Shown: positions 1 to 9,780 of the stretch, piece after piece
Layout of the letters: the number at the start of each line of letters is the position of its first letter
Position numbering within the stretch: position 1 is the stretch's first letter
Origin: a virus
DNA: 64,000 bases
Virus record (IMG/VR): IMGVR_UViG_3300046697_000246
Span: 1-64,000 of that record
Strand: one strand, 5' to 3'
Position numbers and translations under genes: made by a program
The notes under the pieces: generated by a model
The model's database searches: none
What the model was told of the DNA's origin: nothing
Seen by the model: the letters and a program-made list of their open reading frames with translations, nothing else

Positions 1-24
1 GTTTTGCGCCTTTGCGCGGTTTTT

Positions 25-450
25 TCAGTTCCAGTTTTTCGGAAAATTTGTCGGCGTGGCCAAATATGAATTTGGAGAAAAAGCGTAACGCAGCGCCGAT
101 TTTGGGACGTTGAATTTTTCGACAACTCTCGAAACCCAATTTGGAGGCAAACAGCTTTTGCTCATGCCGATTTTTTCAGCCAGCGAAGCCAGTTTTTTTG
201 TGGCTGCCGATTGCGCCGCCCGCGCCGCCGGCACTGGAAAGCCAGGTCCCCAGCCCGCGAGCGTGCCAGCCGCCGAATTTTTTGCGTGCCATTGGTTGCA
301 AAAAATCGCGTCATCTCCGCGATGGCCAAGCAGATGCAGCTTGCCAATTTGTTTTTCGAGCCGCGAAAAAATGCGCTCGAAGGTTAATGCCTCGGTGTTG
401 ATCTTTACGATTACACCCTGTTTTGTTTCAAGAACTTTGAATTTTTTCAT
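25..450 (-). CDS. hypothetical phage protein
   Basis: 141-aa ORF with AT-rich leader and upstream TTGCAA-N16-TATTCT promoter-like sequence (~489-516, minus strand). Confidence 0.6.
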   Translation of the reverse strand: MKKFKVLETKQGVIVKINTEALTFERIFSRLEKQIGKLHLLGHRGDDAIFCNQWHAKNSAAGTLAGWGPGFPVPAARAAQSAATKKLASLAEKIGMSKSCLPPNWVSRVVEKFNVPKSALRYAFSPNSYLATPTNFPKNWN

Positions 451-574
451 AGTGTTAATTTGTTGTTTTGTTTTCTGCTAACGACTACAGAATAACACAT
501 GCAAACCGCTTTGCAAGGAATGATTGAAGGAAAATGATGCCCATTGTTGGGCTAAACCGAAGTAGAATAACCCT

Positions 575-730
575 TTATTTACAAGGGTTTTTGCAATTAA
601 GCATGGACAATCTTTGCCTTTCCAGATTTGCACGCTTAAGATTTTTCAAGATTGCCGCCCGCTTTTTGACTGTTTTTTTCAAACCGCCAAGCCGGCCAAG
701 CGCAACCGCAAACGGATTTTTAGAACTCAT
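575..730 (-). CDS. small basic putative DNA-binding protein (KNPxAVALGRLGG type)
   Basis: MSSKNPFAVALGRLGGLKK motif recurrent in small phage proteins; own promoter-like sequence upstream. Confidence 0.6.
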   Translation of the reverse strand: MSSKNPFAVALGRLGGLKKTVKKRAAILKNLKRANLERQRLSMLNCKNPCK

Positions 731-895
731 GCCGGCCAGTGTAACAGCAAAGCGGTTTGGATTGCAAGCAAAATAATCTGTTGACAGGAACGGCAATCAG
801 TTTTTGTTGCAACCTGATACGATTGAAACAAAGTTGCCGAATATCAGCCCAAAAGACCGACGCCAGAAACTCCTGATATTGGACTTGCCTTGCCG

Positions 896-1459
896 TCATG
901 CGTCACCAGCAATGATGCTGTCGGCCAATGCCTGGTTGCCATTGTCCGCCGCTTTGACCGCCCGCCGTTCGCGCGCCATGAATGCTTCAGACGGTGCCTT
1001 GCCGTCGTCGCCGGTGTTGACTCGCCGCCGCCGACCGCCGTGTTTCTTTTCCCGATAACGCTTTGACCGCGCCGCGCTGGTGTGATCCTTCTCCCGATAC
1101 TTCGCAAAATTTAACGCAATGAAACCGCCAGAGACACGCACCAATCTTCGCCCGTCAAAGTCCGGTGTCCGGCTTTCCATCTCCGGTTCTCCCAAACGCT
1201 CAAGAGCCGCCAGTCCAATTTCAGCTTCCATCCCGGATCGGTGGATGATGCCGCTGCCAGCCGCCGCGACAAATCCATACCAACCAACCGGCACGACAAA
1301 CCCCGTTTCATCCAGAGACCGGACCTTGATTTGTTTCGCCGGTTCCCTCAATTCAAACGGCTCCGCCATGAGCAAAGCCGTGATGAACAATTCCCGCGCA
1401 GCGCGGTCAAGCCAGATTGTTGAGTCTAATATCCCGCAGTCAAGTTTTACAAATGCCAT
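896..1459 (-). CDS. phage replication initiator-like protein (N-terminal domain only)
   Basis: MAFVKLDCGILDSTIW...LFITALLMA...NFAKYRE...AARSKRYREKK resembles replisome-organiser N-termini. Confidence 0.55.
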   Translation of the reverse strand: MAFVKLDCGILDSTIWLDRAARELFITALLMAEPFELREPAKQIKVRSLDETGFVVPVGWYGFVAAAGSGIIHRSGMEAEIGLAALERLGEPEMESRTPDFDGRRLVRVSGGFIALNFAKYREKDHTSAARSKRYREKKHGGRRRRVNTGDDGKAPSEAFMARERRAVKAADNGNQALADSIIAGDA

Positions 1460-1834
1460 ATTCCAACAGCATAAACCATGCGTCACGCCGTGTCAAGTGT
1501 GATGTCACGCGTAGCAAGCCGTAGCGTCACGCAAGCAGAAGCATACTACAGAGAAAAAACTCCCCGCCCGCGGCAAAATCCCCCAAATCCCGCCAATCCC
1601 AAATTCCCCCCATGTCAACACCAAGCCCGACCAATAAAAACGTCCCCAGCGCCAGCCAGACACCAAATTTCATGCGATTTACAAGCCTTTTCACCATTTT
1701 ACTCGTTTTTGCCGTTTTACCAGCTTAACCCAAATCCTGACCAAATGGATTGCCCAAAGCGGATTTTGTGAAAAGGAAAATGGCGAAGAACCACGATTTC
1801 AAGCTGGTTTCGGATTTGTGGAAAATCCTTGAAA

Positions 1835-2050
1835 TTATACGCGCTCATTTTGACCTTTCGGCGGGTAGTCAGATGATTTGTCGCACTCTTGCTGCATCCA
1901 CTCTGCGAGCGTCTGATTGTAGAGCCGCGCCGTGCGGACATACCAGCCCTTGCGAGCCAATGTCACGCGCAAGTGAATGTGTCCAGTGGCCGCCACGCCG
2001 TCTGTCAGCGGGCGGCCAACTGGATTGGTCGTTTTGTGTGGGACACTCAT
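1835..2050 (-). CDS. small RHH-like DNA-binding protein, paralog of 55843..56157
   Basis: GRP motif plus HIHLRV..RKGWYVRTAR..TLAEWMQ..CD; near-identical segment in 55843..56157. Confidence 0.65.
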   Translation of the reverse strand: MSVPHKTTNPVGRPLTDGVAATGHIHLRVTLARKGWYVRTARLYNQTLAEWMQQECDKSSDYPPKGQNERV

Positions 2051-2051
2051 G

Positions 2052-2249
2052 TTATTCGATTTCCTTGTATGATTTCACGTCGGACATTTTCATGCCCAAT
2101 TTCCCCACGGCCTGCTCGATGGTTTTGCCCTCGGAAAAGTCCGTGAAATGTTGGTTGAACTCAATCCAAAATGTCATGGTGTCTTGGTCTTGGTTTAGTG
2201 CGTGGCAGCAGGCCGTTCCTACCCGGTGGATTTGGTTTTCGATTGACAT
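2052..2249 (-). CDS. hypothetical protein
   Basis: 65-aa ORF closely coupled to the downstream gene, AATTT-ATG start. Confidence 0.55.
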   Translation of the reverse strand: MSIENQIHRVGTACCHALNQDQDTMTFWIEFNQHFTDFSEGKTIEQAVGKLGMKMSDVKSYKEIE

Positions 2250-2337
2250 AAATTTTATTTCTGGTTTAATTGTGTGGTCGGGCGCGGCCCCGTTGAGACT
2301 AGCTCAAAATTGCAGTAAATTCCGCGCCCGGCATTCT

Positions 2338-3306
2338 TTATTTTCCGTGATCGCTCAAAAGAGCGTAGCCATTCTTCGATTCGATTTTTTCGCGCCTCAA
2401 TCCGGCCAAAATCGCAGCCCGAACATATCTGGCATCCCCGTTGCAAACGGCCATCAATTCGGCTGCGCGATAATGCTTGGAAATATCCAGCGCGTGCCGA
2501 TCCGCAAAAGACTGCGTTCCGGCGACACAATTTCCCGCGCGCTGACTATCAGCGGCGCACACAAAGACACCATTCGCCGCGCCAGAATCCAGCAGCGCTG
2601 TCAATGCCGCTGTATCACGTTGCGCAGCGCGGGCGAAAAAGGCATCGCTTGCGGCGCGAATTGTCCCCCGCACGTCATAGCGGCCATTCGCGCCGGTGAT
2701 ATGATATTCTTCTGCGCCTTGTTTCCATGCCGGGCTTGCTGCCGCGCCCTGGCTCGCTGGAGTAACCACCACAGCCCACCCCGCCGGGCACAGGCGTCGC
2801 ATGGCGCGCACTGCGCGCTTGGTTTGGAGCGTGGTCATAGGAGAGATTTTGTTTTTAGCCGTGCGCCAGCCATACCCCGCCGCGAGGAAATACAGGCCAC
2901 CCAATGCTGTCTCGCGCCAAACTATGTCTCCGTTAGCCCAGCAATTTTTTCGCAAAAATGCGTAGTCAGCAGTGGTGTCTTTCATTCGAGAATCCCAAGG
3001 AGAGCGGCAGCCGAGGGTGGCATTAGCCGCCCCGCTATTGGTGATCTTATTCGCCGGAATACAGGCGTATCGGACATACGCGCGGCCACCGCGCCCACTT
3101 GTGCGGACGGCGCAAGCACCGACGCACTCGCTGTCAGCCGGATATCCGTAGCAATTCGGGACTCCGCCGCCGTGCTCGACATTGGCTGCGAGTCCGGTCT
3201 TGGATTTTGCCACCTCGCGGATTGTCTCCGCGAGGACGGTGAAAGGATTAACCGTGCGGGATCTTTTTTTGGAGGCGAGGCATTCTGCGATTTCTGGATT
3301 TTTCAT
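2338..3306 (-). CDS. hypothetical protein
   Basis: Long ORF directly downstream of a TTGACA promoter; start chosen at MKNPEI. Confidence 0.65.
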   Translation of the reverse strand: MKNPEIAECLASKKRSRTVNPFTVLAETIREVAKSKTGLAANVEHGGGVPNCYGYPADSECVGACAVRTSGRGGRAYVRYACIPANKITNSGAANATLGCRSPWDSRMKDTTADYAFLRKNCWANGDIVWRETALGGLYFLAAGYGWRTAKNKISPMTTLQTKRAVRAMRRLCPAGWAVVVTPASQGAAASPAWKQGAEEYHITGANGRYDVRGTIRAASDAFFARAAQRDTAALTALLDSGAANGVFVCAADSQRAGNCVAGTQSFADRHALDISKHYRAAELMAVCNGDARYVRAAILAGLRREKIESKNGYALLSDHGK

Positions 3307-3375
3307 AATTTTGTCTGTGTTATTTTCACTTCCCGCATCCGGCGGGTCGGTCGTAATCATCTTGATTACAGGGAC

Positions 3376-3403
3376 AAGATACCATATCCAGTAATTATGT
3401 CAA
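3376..3403 (-). promoter_or_regulatory. sigma70-type promoter TTGACA-N16-TATCTT
   Basis: Consensus -35; 15-bp TGTCAACACATTATT shared with promoter at 56476-56504. Confidence 0.6.
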
Positions 3404-3806
3404 CACATTATTTGTAGTTTTATTCATTTGATTTTTAACGAGTTATGTCAACACAACGGAAATTGACTTATCGGTGATTGGCTCTGCCCATCCATTTTCA
3501 GCCGACTTGCAGATTACGAGCGACGCGAGCGACGCCGATCCAGACCGGTGATGGAAGCCTCGATCTGAGACACCCCTACAGGTTGTGCTTGTGGTGTTTT
3601 TGGGTGCCCGATTTTGGATTGAACCTGGTCAAAAACCACAAGAGCCATCAAACCCGCGTGGATAAAGGAGAATATGACGCATCCAATTAAATACAATGGA
3701 TATTGTGCATCTATAATTCGACCTCGGATGCTACAACCCAGCAGGCCGGGGGAGGGGTTTTGGGGTGGCCGGGTGGCGGACGAATATGACGTTATGCCCC
3801 ATATCT

Positions 3807-4376
3807 CTATCCTTGCTCAATTTCCGCCGGTAAGGGGGTGGTGTCAATCAACTTTGGTAGATTTACGGCATGGATGGTGTCGGGGGCTTGATTTTTGGGT
3901 AAATGAATCTCTGTTTTCTGTTGGAGGTAGAATTTTGGGGTGGAAACAGGTTCGTCTGAATCGGCAGTTTTTGATGTGGCCGGTCTGGATTTATCGGTTT
4001 GGGCTGCGGCATAGGCAAAGGACTTAGCGACATCGGCTGCGGCTTTGAAGGTATCGGTCATGGCTTTCACAGAAGCAATTTCTTCTTCATCGAGCACGTC
4101 GTGTTTTTTGACACGCTCGCTGATTTCGAGGGCGGTTTCGTAAAGGATGTTGGTGCAATTTTCTCCGATGGCGTTATAGACGAAGTGTTGGATTTCCTGA
4201 TCAATAATATAGCCGCGCGCGACGAGTTTGATGAAAGCCTTGTTGAGTTCGTTATTGTTCTGTGTTTTGATGATTTTCCTGATTTTATCGGCGACGGATT
4301 TAGTGAAGGCGAGCGGGGTGTCAGACTGCGTTGCCGGCAGGATGTCAATGGAGTAGATGCCTTTTCGTTTGGCCAT
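3807..4376 (-). CDS. hypothetical protein, possible terminase small subunit
   Basis: Helical ~190-aa protein co-oriented near terL; positional inference only. Confidence 0.4.
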   Translation of the reverse strand: MAKRKGIYSIDILPATQSDTPLAFTKSVADKIRKIIKTQNNNELNKAFIKLVARGYIIDQEIQHFVYNAIGENCTNILYETALEISERVKKHDVLDEEEIASVKAMTDTFKAAADVAKSFAYAAAQTDKSRPATSKTADSDEPVSTPKFYLQQKTEIHLPKNQAPDTIHAVNLPKLIDTTPLPAEIEQG

Positions 4377-4390
4377 GATGATAATGTGGA

Positions 4391-4732
4391 CTATTTGTTG
4401 TGGGAACGCCAACCGAAAGTAAATTGCGTGCTGATGTCATCTCCCCAGCAGGAGGCGTTTAGGATACCGCATTTAATTTCGGTGGAACAATAACAGCCAA
4501 GACCCCGGAATTCTTTTGAGAGCGGGGATCCGCAGGTTCGGAGTGGGGGATAAAAGACGGGGCAATGTCGGCAGGCTCGGTAACGGCGGTAGGTGAGCCA
4601 GAATGGTGCCTGGGTCATGGGTTTGAGCCAGAGGAACCAGGCGGCGCGGATGCGGCTGGCAGACTTGGCCGGCGAGAGGATGCAGGCGATGACGGCGACG
4701 GCGAGAGCGGACAGTAAGCGGATGGTTCTCAT
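4391..4732 (-). CDS. small Cys-rich protein with hydrophobic N-terminus
   Basis: CxxC (CRHC), CxC and CWG motifs; ATGA overlap with terL stop. Confidence 0.55.
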   Translation of the reverse strand: MRTIRLLSALAVAVIACILSPAKSASRIRAAWFLWLKPMTQAPFWLTYRRYRACRHCPVFYPPLRTCGSPLSKEFRGLGCYCSTEIKCGILNASCWGDDISTQFTFGWRSHNK

Positions 4733-6270
4733 AATCCGACAGAGGAGACACCGGAAGCGGCGTGATCGCGTTTCCAGTCCATTAAGAGGTTGTGGTTCAA
4801 CTCCTCAAAACATTCAGTGGCGACGGCGTAGGTGATGGCGTCGAAAATGTGTTTATGCTTCGACCCCTTGTCAATCGTCGAGTATTGCCCCCGACCTTTG
4901 CACAGTGATTTACACATCTGGATTGCATTTGGTGTTTTCGAGTTTGAAAAGAAGATGCGGCCTTGGAACAGAAGTTTGCGGAACAAATCAATGCGCTGCC
5001 TCACCGTCTCGTTTGTCCTTCGGCCTCGCATTGCCGCCACCAGCGTTATTTTACCATCCGATGATTCGGCTACAAGTTGATGCTGGAAACGTCCCCCCAA
5101 CGGCTCCTTGGTGTCGAATGCGCTTTTATCCGACCAATGATCCCAGATAATTGAGTTGCCAGTGAATTTCTCCCAGAACCGCATCTTGGCCATTGCTTCC
5201 CGAACAAAGTCGTCTATCAAATGATCCTCGCCAACGATGACCGTTTCATCCAGAATCTTGAAGTAGGACACGGGTTTTATCACCGTCTTTCTGATCCCGC
5301 GCTCATCGGTGACTTCGCGCGACTCATCGCGGACATACTTTTCAATGATGGCCATCGCGCTGTTCACAGACTCCCCGATGTCCCAACCGGCAACAAGCTG
5401 GAAGCAGTCCGGTTCCGGCAACAGAAGTTCCGGTGTTGGATTGCTCCGCGTCTCGATTTCGCCGATGACGTGGAATAATGGACGAAACACGCCAAGAAAC
5501 AAGGCATTCTCGCTGGCCGTTACCCACTTGCCTTCAATGTAGCGCGCATACAAATCCGGGTCAGTGGCATATTGGGATTTGACGAGTTCAATTTCCGCCG
5601 GTGAGGAATAAATGTTGTCAGACAAGTCAAACTGCACCAATCCAAGTTGATCTTTGAGAGCCTTCAGCTTGTCGTCGAACTCATCGTCTTGCCCCAGTTC
5701 AAACCACATTTTGTAAATCCAAGAGGCGGCGCCTTCATCCGCCGGATTGCAGTCCCCTAAAAAAAGCAGTTCATTGTCTTTAAGATTTGGCATTCTCAAA
5801 GCCAAGACCCAGGTTGAAAAGGTTTTTAACTTTTTGAACAAATCCAGTTCGGTCACATAAATCATGGAGAACGATTTGTTTTTGAACCGCTTCTCAACAT
5901 CTTCCTCGTGCGACAAGGAATGGAGTTGAATCTTCACCCCCTCGCCGAATTTATTAAAAACGATGCACGACGGCTTTTTCGACGACCCCTCGTTATACGG
6001 CTTCTTTTTGAACTTCAATCCGAAGTGCGGAATTACCCAATCCATGAGTTGTTGCCAGATGCCGCTATCCGTGCCTGCGCCGAGCGTCAAGGTGACGAGC
6101 GCGATATTGCCAAGCCTCGTGTTCCATGCGTGGTCACACACGATATGCAGGCAGTTTATGGTTTTCGTTGACAATCTCGTGCCCGAAGCAAGCGTGAGAC
6201 GTTTCTTTTTACAGACGCTCATCAGCAACTCCCCTTTGGGGTTCATCGGCTTGAGCAGATAATCAGACAT
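4729..6270 (-). CDS. terL: terminase large subunit
   Basis: Walker A-like SGTRLSTKT, Walker B IYVTE, coupling motif DCNP, YIEGKW, RNase H nuclease motifs GWDIG and HIFDAITYA. Confidence 0.85.
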   Translation of the reverse strand: MSDYLLKPMNPKGELLMSVCKKKRLTLASGTRLSTKTINCLHIVCDHAWNTRLGNIALVTLTLGAGTDSGIWQQLMDWVIPHFGLKFKKKPYNEGSSKKPSCIVFNKFGEGVKIQLHSLSHEEDVEKRFKNKSFSMIYVTELDLFKKLKTFSTWVLALRMPNLKDNELLFLGDCNPADEGAASWIYKMWFELGQDDEFDDKLKALKDQLGLVQFDLSDNIYSSPAEIELVKSQYATDPDLYARYIEGKWVTASENALFLGVFRPLFHVIGEIETRSNPTPELLLPEPDCFQLVAGWDIGESVNSAMAIIEKYVRDESREVTDERGIRKTVIKPVSYFKILDETVIVGEDHLIDDFVREAMAKMRFWEKFTGNSIIWDHWSDKSAFDTKEPLGGRFQHQLVAESSDGKITLVAAMRGRRTNETVRQRIDLFRKLLFQGRIFFSNSKTPNAIQMCKSLCKGRGQYSTIDKGSKHKHIFDAITYAVATECFEELNHNLLMDWKRDHAASGVSSVGL

Positions 6271-6348
6271 AAATTTTTATTGACGGCGGCGGCATTTTGA
6301 TGTAAGACATTGATTAACGATAGCAACAAATTAAAATCTTTCAACAAA

Positions 6349-6705
6349 ATGAGAACACAAATTCTTCGCGCGCCCGACATTGCGGATGCCGCCCCAGCCG
6401 GCGGCGGTGGCGCTCCCACATCAACCGAGGAACCCGGAGCCGTTGACAACCGGCTTTCGCTCGACCCGTCAGCGGACGAGTTCAAGGGCTACGTTGACGA
6501 GTGGGAGGATGGGCAGGAATACGTAATCACGCTCAAGGCCACGCAGATTTCTCCCGGCGAACTCACCGTCACGGAAATCCAAGACGCCAAGCCCGCCGGG
6601 GACGCCGAGGCCAAGCCCGGCGACGAGGAAGCAGGCGAGCCGCCGGCCACGGAGATTGACACCACGACCGACAATCCCGCCATCAAGAACTTGATGAAGG
6701 AATAA
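6349..6705 (+). CDS. acidic hypothetical protein
   Basis: ORF at head of structural operon, followed by hairpin 6739-6778. Confidence 0.6.
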   Translation: MRTQILRAPDIADAAPAGGGGAPTSTEEPGAVDNRLSLDPSADEFKGYVDEWEDGQEYVITLKATQISPGELTVTEIQDAKPAGDAEAKPGDEEAGEPPATEIDTTTDNPAIKNLMKE

Positions 6706-6787
6706 TTTTTGTGGCCACGTTACGGCCAACAATAAAAGAAGGCGGCGCGGTTGTCCCATGAGACTGCCCGCCGCCTTCCGCGTAAAT

Positions 6788-7033
6788 ATGAGCAAACAAA
6801 ACACAGATAGCCGGGTGCGCTTTGGGTGGACGTATTCACTCGACGGCGATCCTCAAATAATCTTTGAGAAGAAACCCAAAGACAACTTTCCCGGTGCGTG
6901 TGTTTATCCTGGTGCGTTTGCCGTTGCGGTGCTCCCGATGCCGTTCACGTCCGCACACCGAAGGGCAGTTATTCGGCAGTTCCAAAAAAACGTCCATCCA
7001 TCCCGACTATTTGGAAAACAAAATGAGCGTTGA
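6788..7033 (+). CDS. hypothetical protein
   Basis: 81-aa ORF overlapping the portal start. Confidence 0.5.
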   Translation: MSKQNTDSRVRFGWTYSLDGDPQIIFEKKPKDNFPGACVYPGAFAVAVLPMPFTSAHRRAVIRQFQKNVHPSRLFGKQNER

Positions 7034-9473
7034 CATCAAAGTGCTGAAGAAGCACGGCATCTCAAGCGGCGAGTATAAGAAATTATTCACCATGCCGCAG
7101 AAGCCACCTCGCGTTCAAAAGCTCATTGATCTCATCAGCAACCGTGTCAAGGACGGTTACACCCGAAATCTTACCGACTGGAAAAATTACGCCGCGATTG
7201 ATCTGGCGCATGACGCACCGTTCAATCAGACGACCGCAACCTTTGTCCGGCATCTGATGTCGCGAAAGTTGAAGGCCGAGGAATTGCTGGCCGAGATCGA
7301 AAAGTGGGGAATCAAGGAGGACGAACTATTTCTGACCGTCAAGACGAAGGGAGGCGAAACCTTGAAGGTGGTCAATCCGCCGATCTTCTTCCAAGTCCTC
7401 ATCCCGCTGGCGCGGGCATATTGTGCCGCTCGCATCGCCACGCTGTTCAACGAACGGAACCGGGTGCCACTACTGCCTTATCGCCCGTTGAAAAAAACCG
7501 CGCGCAACCGCGTCATCTGCGAGATCGTCACCGACCTTATCAATCGGATTTCAACTGATTACGGTTATGTGAACTATCTGGATCAGGCCATCAAGCAGAC
7601 TGTAAAATATGGCGTGGCGCTGTCATTTCCATGTGAGGAATGGCATTGCGAACGGCAGTTGCAGGGAGAGGATGAAGAAAAGGTGACAGTGAAAGAAGGG
7701 TTGCGCTACACCTTTCCGCATCCGACCCGGATGTTTTACGATTTGTATCATCCCCTGCCGAGCATCAACAGCGATTCTGGAATTGAATTCTGCGCCTATT
7801 GGGACGTGGTACCATTCAGCGAATTGCTTGACAATCGCAATTTTTGGAATCGCCGGTCAATTTCCTACGGCACCAACTGGTTTGACAACCCGCTGGCCGG
7901 AAATTATTTCAATGAATTTTACCCATGCCGCCTTCAATTCCCGATTTTGGGTGCGGGCGCGGATGCAAAGCGTCAGGACAAGGCGGCAATTTACAGCACA
8001 TCAGATCGGGACAAAGCGGTGTTCATAACGCGCTATTACATGAAGCTCCGCCCGCGCGACTGGGATTTGGGACGATATGAAGACGGGAAACTGGTTGATA
8101 CCTACGGCCATCCGGTGTGGCACCGTTTTTATCTTGCCGGAGATTCAACGGTTATCTGGGCCGAGCCATGCGCCTACAATCCAAACTGGTTCATGGGTTA
8201 CGACTACGATGCCCAGGCTGGCCGTCAAACAAGCCTTGGACTGGAAACGATTTCATGGCAGGACATTTTGGGAAACATCATCACCCAGATGTTTCTGACC
8301 TCGAAGCAAAATCTTGCCAACGTCATTTTCTACGACACGAACTTGGTGAACAAGACCGACATTGACGAGTTAAAAAATCTGGGAGAAGCCCGCTACCGAA
8401 GTTTGAATTTTCTGCCGTATGATTCAATGAAATCCGGGCGGGGCGGGTTTGATCCGCAGCGCGCATTCACGCCGGTTCAGTTGAATTACCGGACGATTCA
8501 GGACATGATGCAGATGATGGGAGCGGTGCTCGACATCATGGAGCGGGTGTTGCAGTTCACGGCGCAGGAAGTCGGGGCGACGGCAAAACATTATCAGTCC
8601 GCAAAAGAGGTCGAAACCACAAACGAATCATCTGATTCACGCGTGAATTACACGGGGGCCTCGATTGACAATGGCATTGATGCGTGGAAACAGCAACTCT
8701 ACACCGGGGCGCGCGCCTACATGGACGCCGATTTTGAATCAGAGGTTTCAATGGACATCCCCGACGTTGAAAAGGTCATCGAAGAATTGGGCTTCACCAT
8801 CACGGGACGGTCAAAGGACAAGATTTTTGTGAAGGGTGAAAAGCACAAGCTCGAATTGGATGAGTTTGCCCGCACGGGCAAGGATGACGAACCGCAGACT
8901 GACCAGCAGACAGCTCAAGCAATGTTCAATACCATCGGGATCATCGCCTCGCATCCTGAAATCTTCGCGCCGATTGGAGCCAAGCGCGTCATCAGCCTGC
9001 TTGAACAGGCCGCGAAGATGGCTGGCGCTGATGAGGACTTCAAACTTCCGGTGGAAACCCCGCCGACCGGCCAGCCTGTGCCCGGCCAGCCGCCGCAACC
9101 CGGCGCGCAACCGACTGGAGCACCGCCCGCGCCCGCCAGCCAGCCGCCGATGTCCCCAGTTCAGCAGGAAATCATGCCGCTGTTGCAGCAGTTGCAGCAA
9201 GCCATCCTGAAAACCGTTGAGGAAAAGATCGCTAAACCCGCCGCTGATGAGATGGTGAAGCAGGAGAAACAGATTCAACAGGGCGCACAGCAAATCCAGC
9301 AAATCGGCCAGCTTGTCCAGCAGCTTGAAGTGTTGCTCTCCAAACTCGCGCAGCCGCCGCCCGCACCGCCAGCGTTGCCTCCGCAAATGAATGCCCCCGG
9401 AACACCGACGCCAGTTCAGGCAGCATTGCCGCCGGATGGACAAATGCCACCGCCCGCAATGATTCCACGATGA
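7023..9473 (+). CDS. portal protein (podovirus/P22-like) with Pro/Gln-rich C-terminal extension
   Basis: ~816 aa; QAIKQTVKYGVA and PHPTRMFYD segments typical of portals; Q/P-rich tail; precedes scaffold and capsid. Confidence 0.75.
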   Translation: MSVDIKVLKKHGISSGEYKKLFTMPQKPPRVQKLIDLISNRVKDGYTRNLTDWKNYAAIDLAHDAPFNQTTATFVRHLMSRKLKAEELLAEIEKWGIKEDELFLTVKTKGGETLKVVNPPIFFQVLIPLARAYCAARIATLFNERNRVPLLPYRPLKKTARNRVICEIVTDLINRISTDYGYVNYLDQAIKQTVKYGVALSFPCEEWHCERQLQGEDEEKVTVKEGLRYTFPHPTRMFYDLYHPLPSINSDSGIEFCAYWDVVPFSELLDNRNFWNRRSISYGTNWFDNPLAGNYFNEFYPCRLQFPILGAGADAKRQDKAAIYSTSDRDKAVFITRYYMKLRPRDWDLGRYEDGKLVDTYGHPVWHRFYLAGDSTVIWAEPCAYNPNWFMGYDYDAQAGRQTSLGLETISWQDILGNIITQMFLTSKQNLANVIFYDTNLVNKTDIDELKNLGEARYRSLNFLPYDSMKSGRGGFDPQRAFTPVQLNYRTIQDMMQMMGAVLDIMERVLQFTAQEVGATAKHYQSAKEVETTNESSDSRVNYTGASIDNGIDAWKQQLYTGARAYMDADFESEVSMDIPDVEKVIEELGFTITGRSKDKIFVKGEKHKLELDEFARTGKDDEPQTDQQTAQAMFNTIGIIASHPEIFAPIGAKRVISLLEQAAKMAGADEDFKLPVETPPTGQPVPGQPPQPGAQPTGAPPAPASQPPMSPVQQEIMPLLQQLQQAILKTVEEKIAKPAADEMVKQEKQIQQGAQQIQQIGQLVQQLEVLLSKLAQPPPAPPALPPQMNAPGTPTPVQAALPPDGQMPPPAMIPR

Positions 9474-9757
9474 ACATTGAACTCAACGAAACGCCACTGG
9501 AAAAAGGATTGCAAGATTCCGTCGTCAACCTTTTTAGGCGAAGCGATTTTAAAACCCTTGAGCGCATCATCGAGGCCGAGGCCAAGAAATCCGCCTTTGC
9601 CGCAACCAACAAGGCGCTTGAATCTGGAAAATTTCCGAATTACACCGATGCGGCCAATGCCGAACTCGCCATCGCCATTCGCTATCAGACCGCGCTTGAA
9701 GTCCTGCAAGAACTGAAACAGCGCAAGGAAACCTTCACGCTCATCACTTCAAAATAA
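9470..9757 (+). CDS. small helical head-module protein
   Basis: 95 aa between portal and scaffold, ATGA-coupled. Confidence 0.6.
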   Translation: MNIELNETPLEKGLQDSVVNLFRRSDFKTLERIIEAEAKKSAFAATNKALESGKFPNYTDAANAELAIAIRYQTALEVLQELKQRKETFTLITSK

Positions 9758-9780
9758 ACCACCAACCACTCGGAAAAATT

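Noticed and set aside
1750-3417. 555-aa plus-strand ORF
   Set aside because: Antisense shadow of the promoter-led minus-strand genes at 1835-3306; no recognisable motifs.
6864-7022. Extended portal start from the ORF track
   Set aside because: It overlaps gene 6788..7033; ATG 7023 is more plausible.
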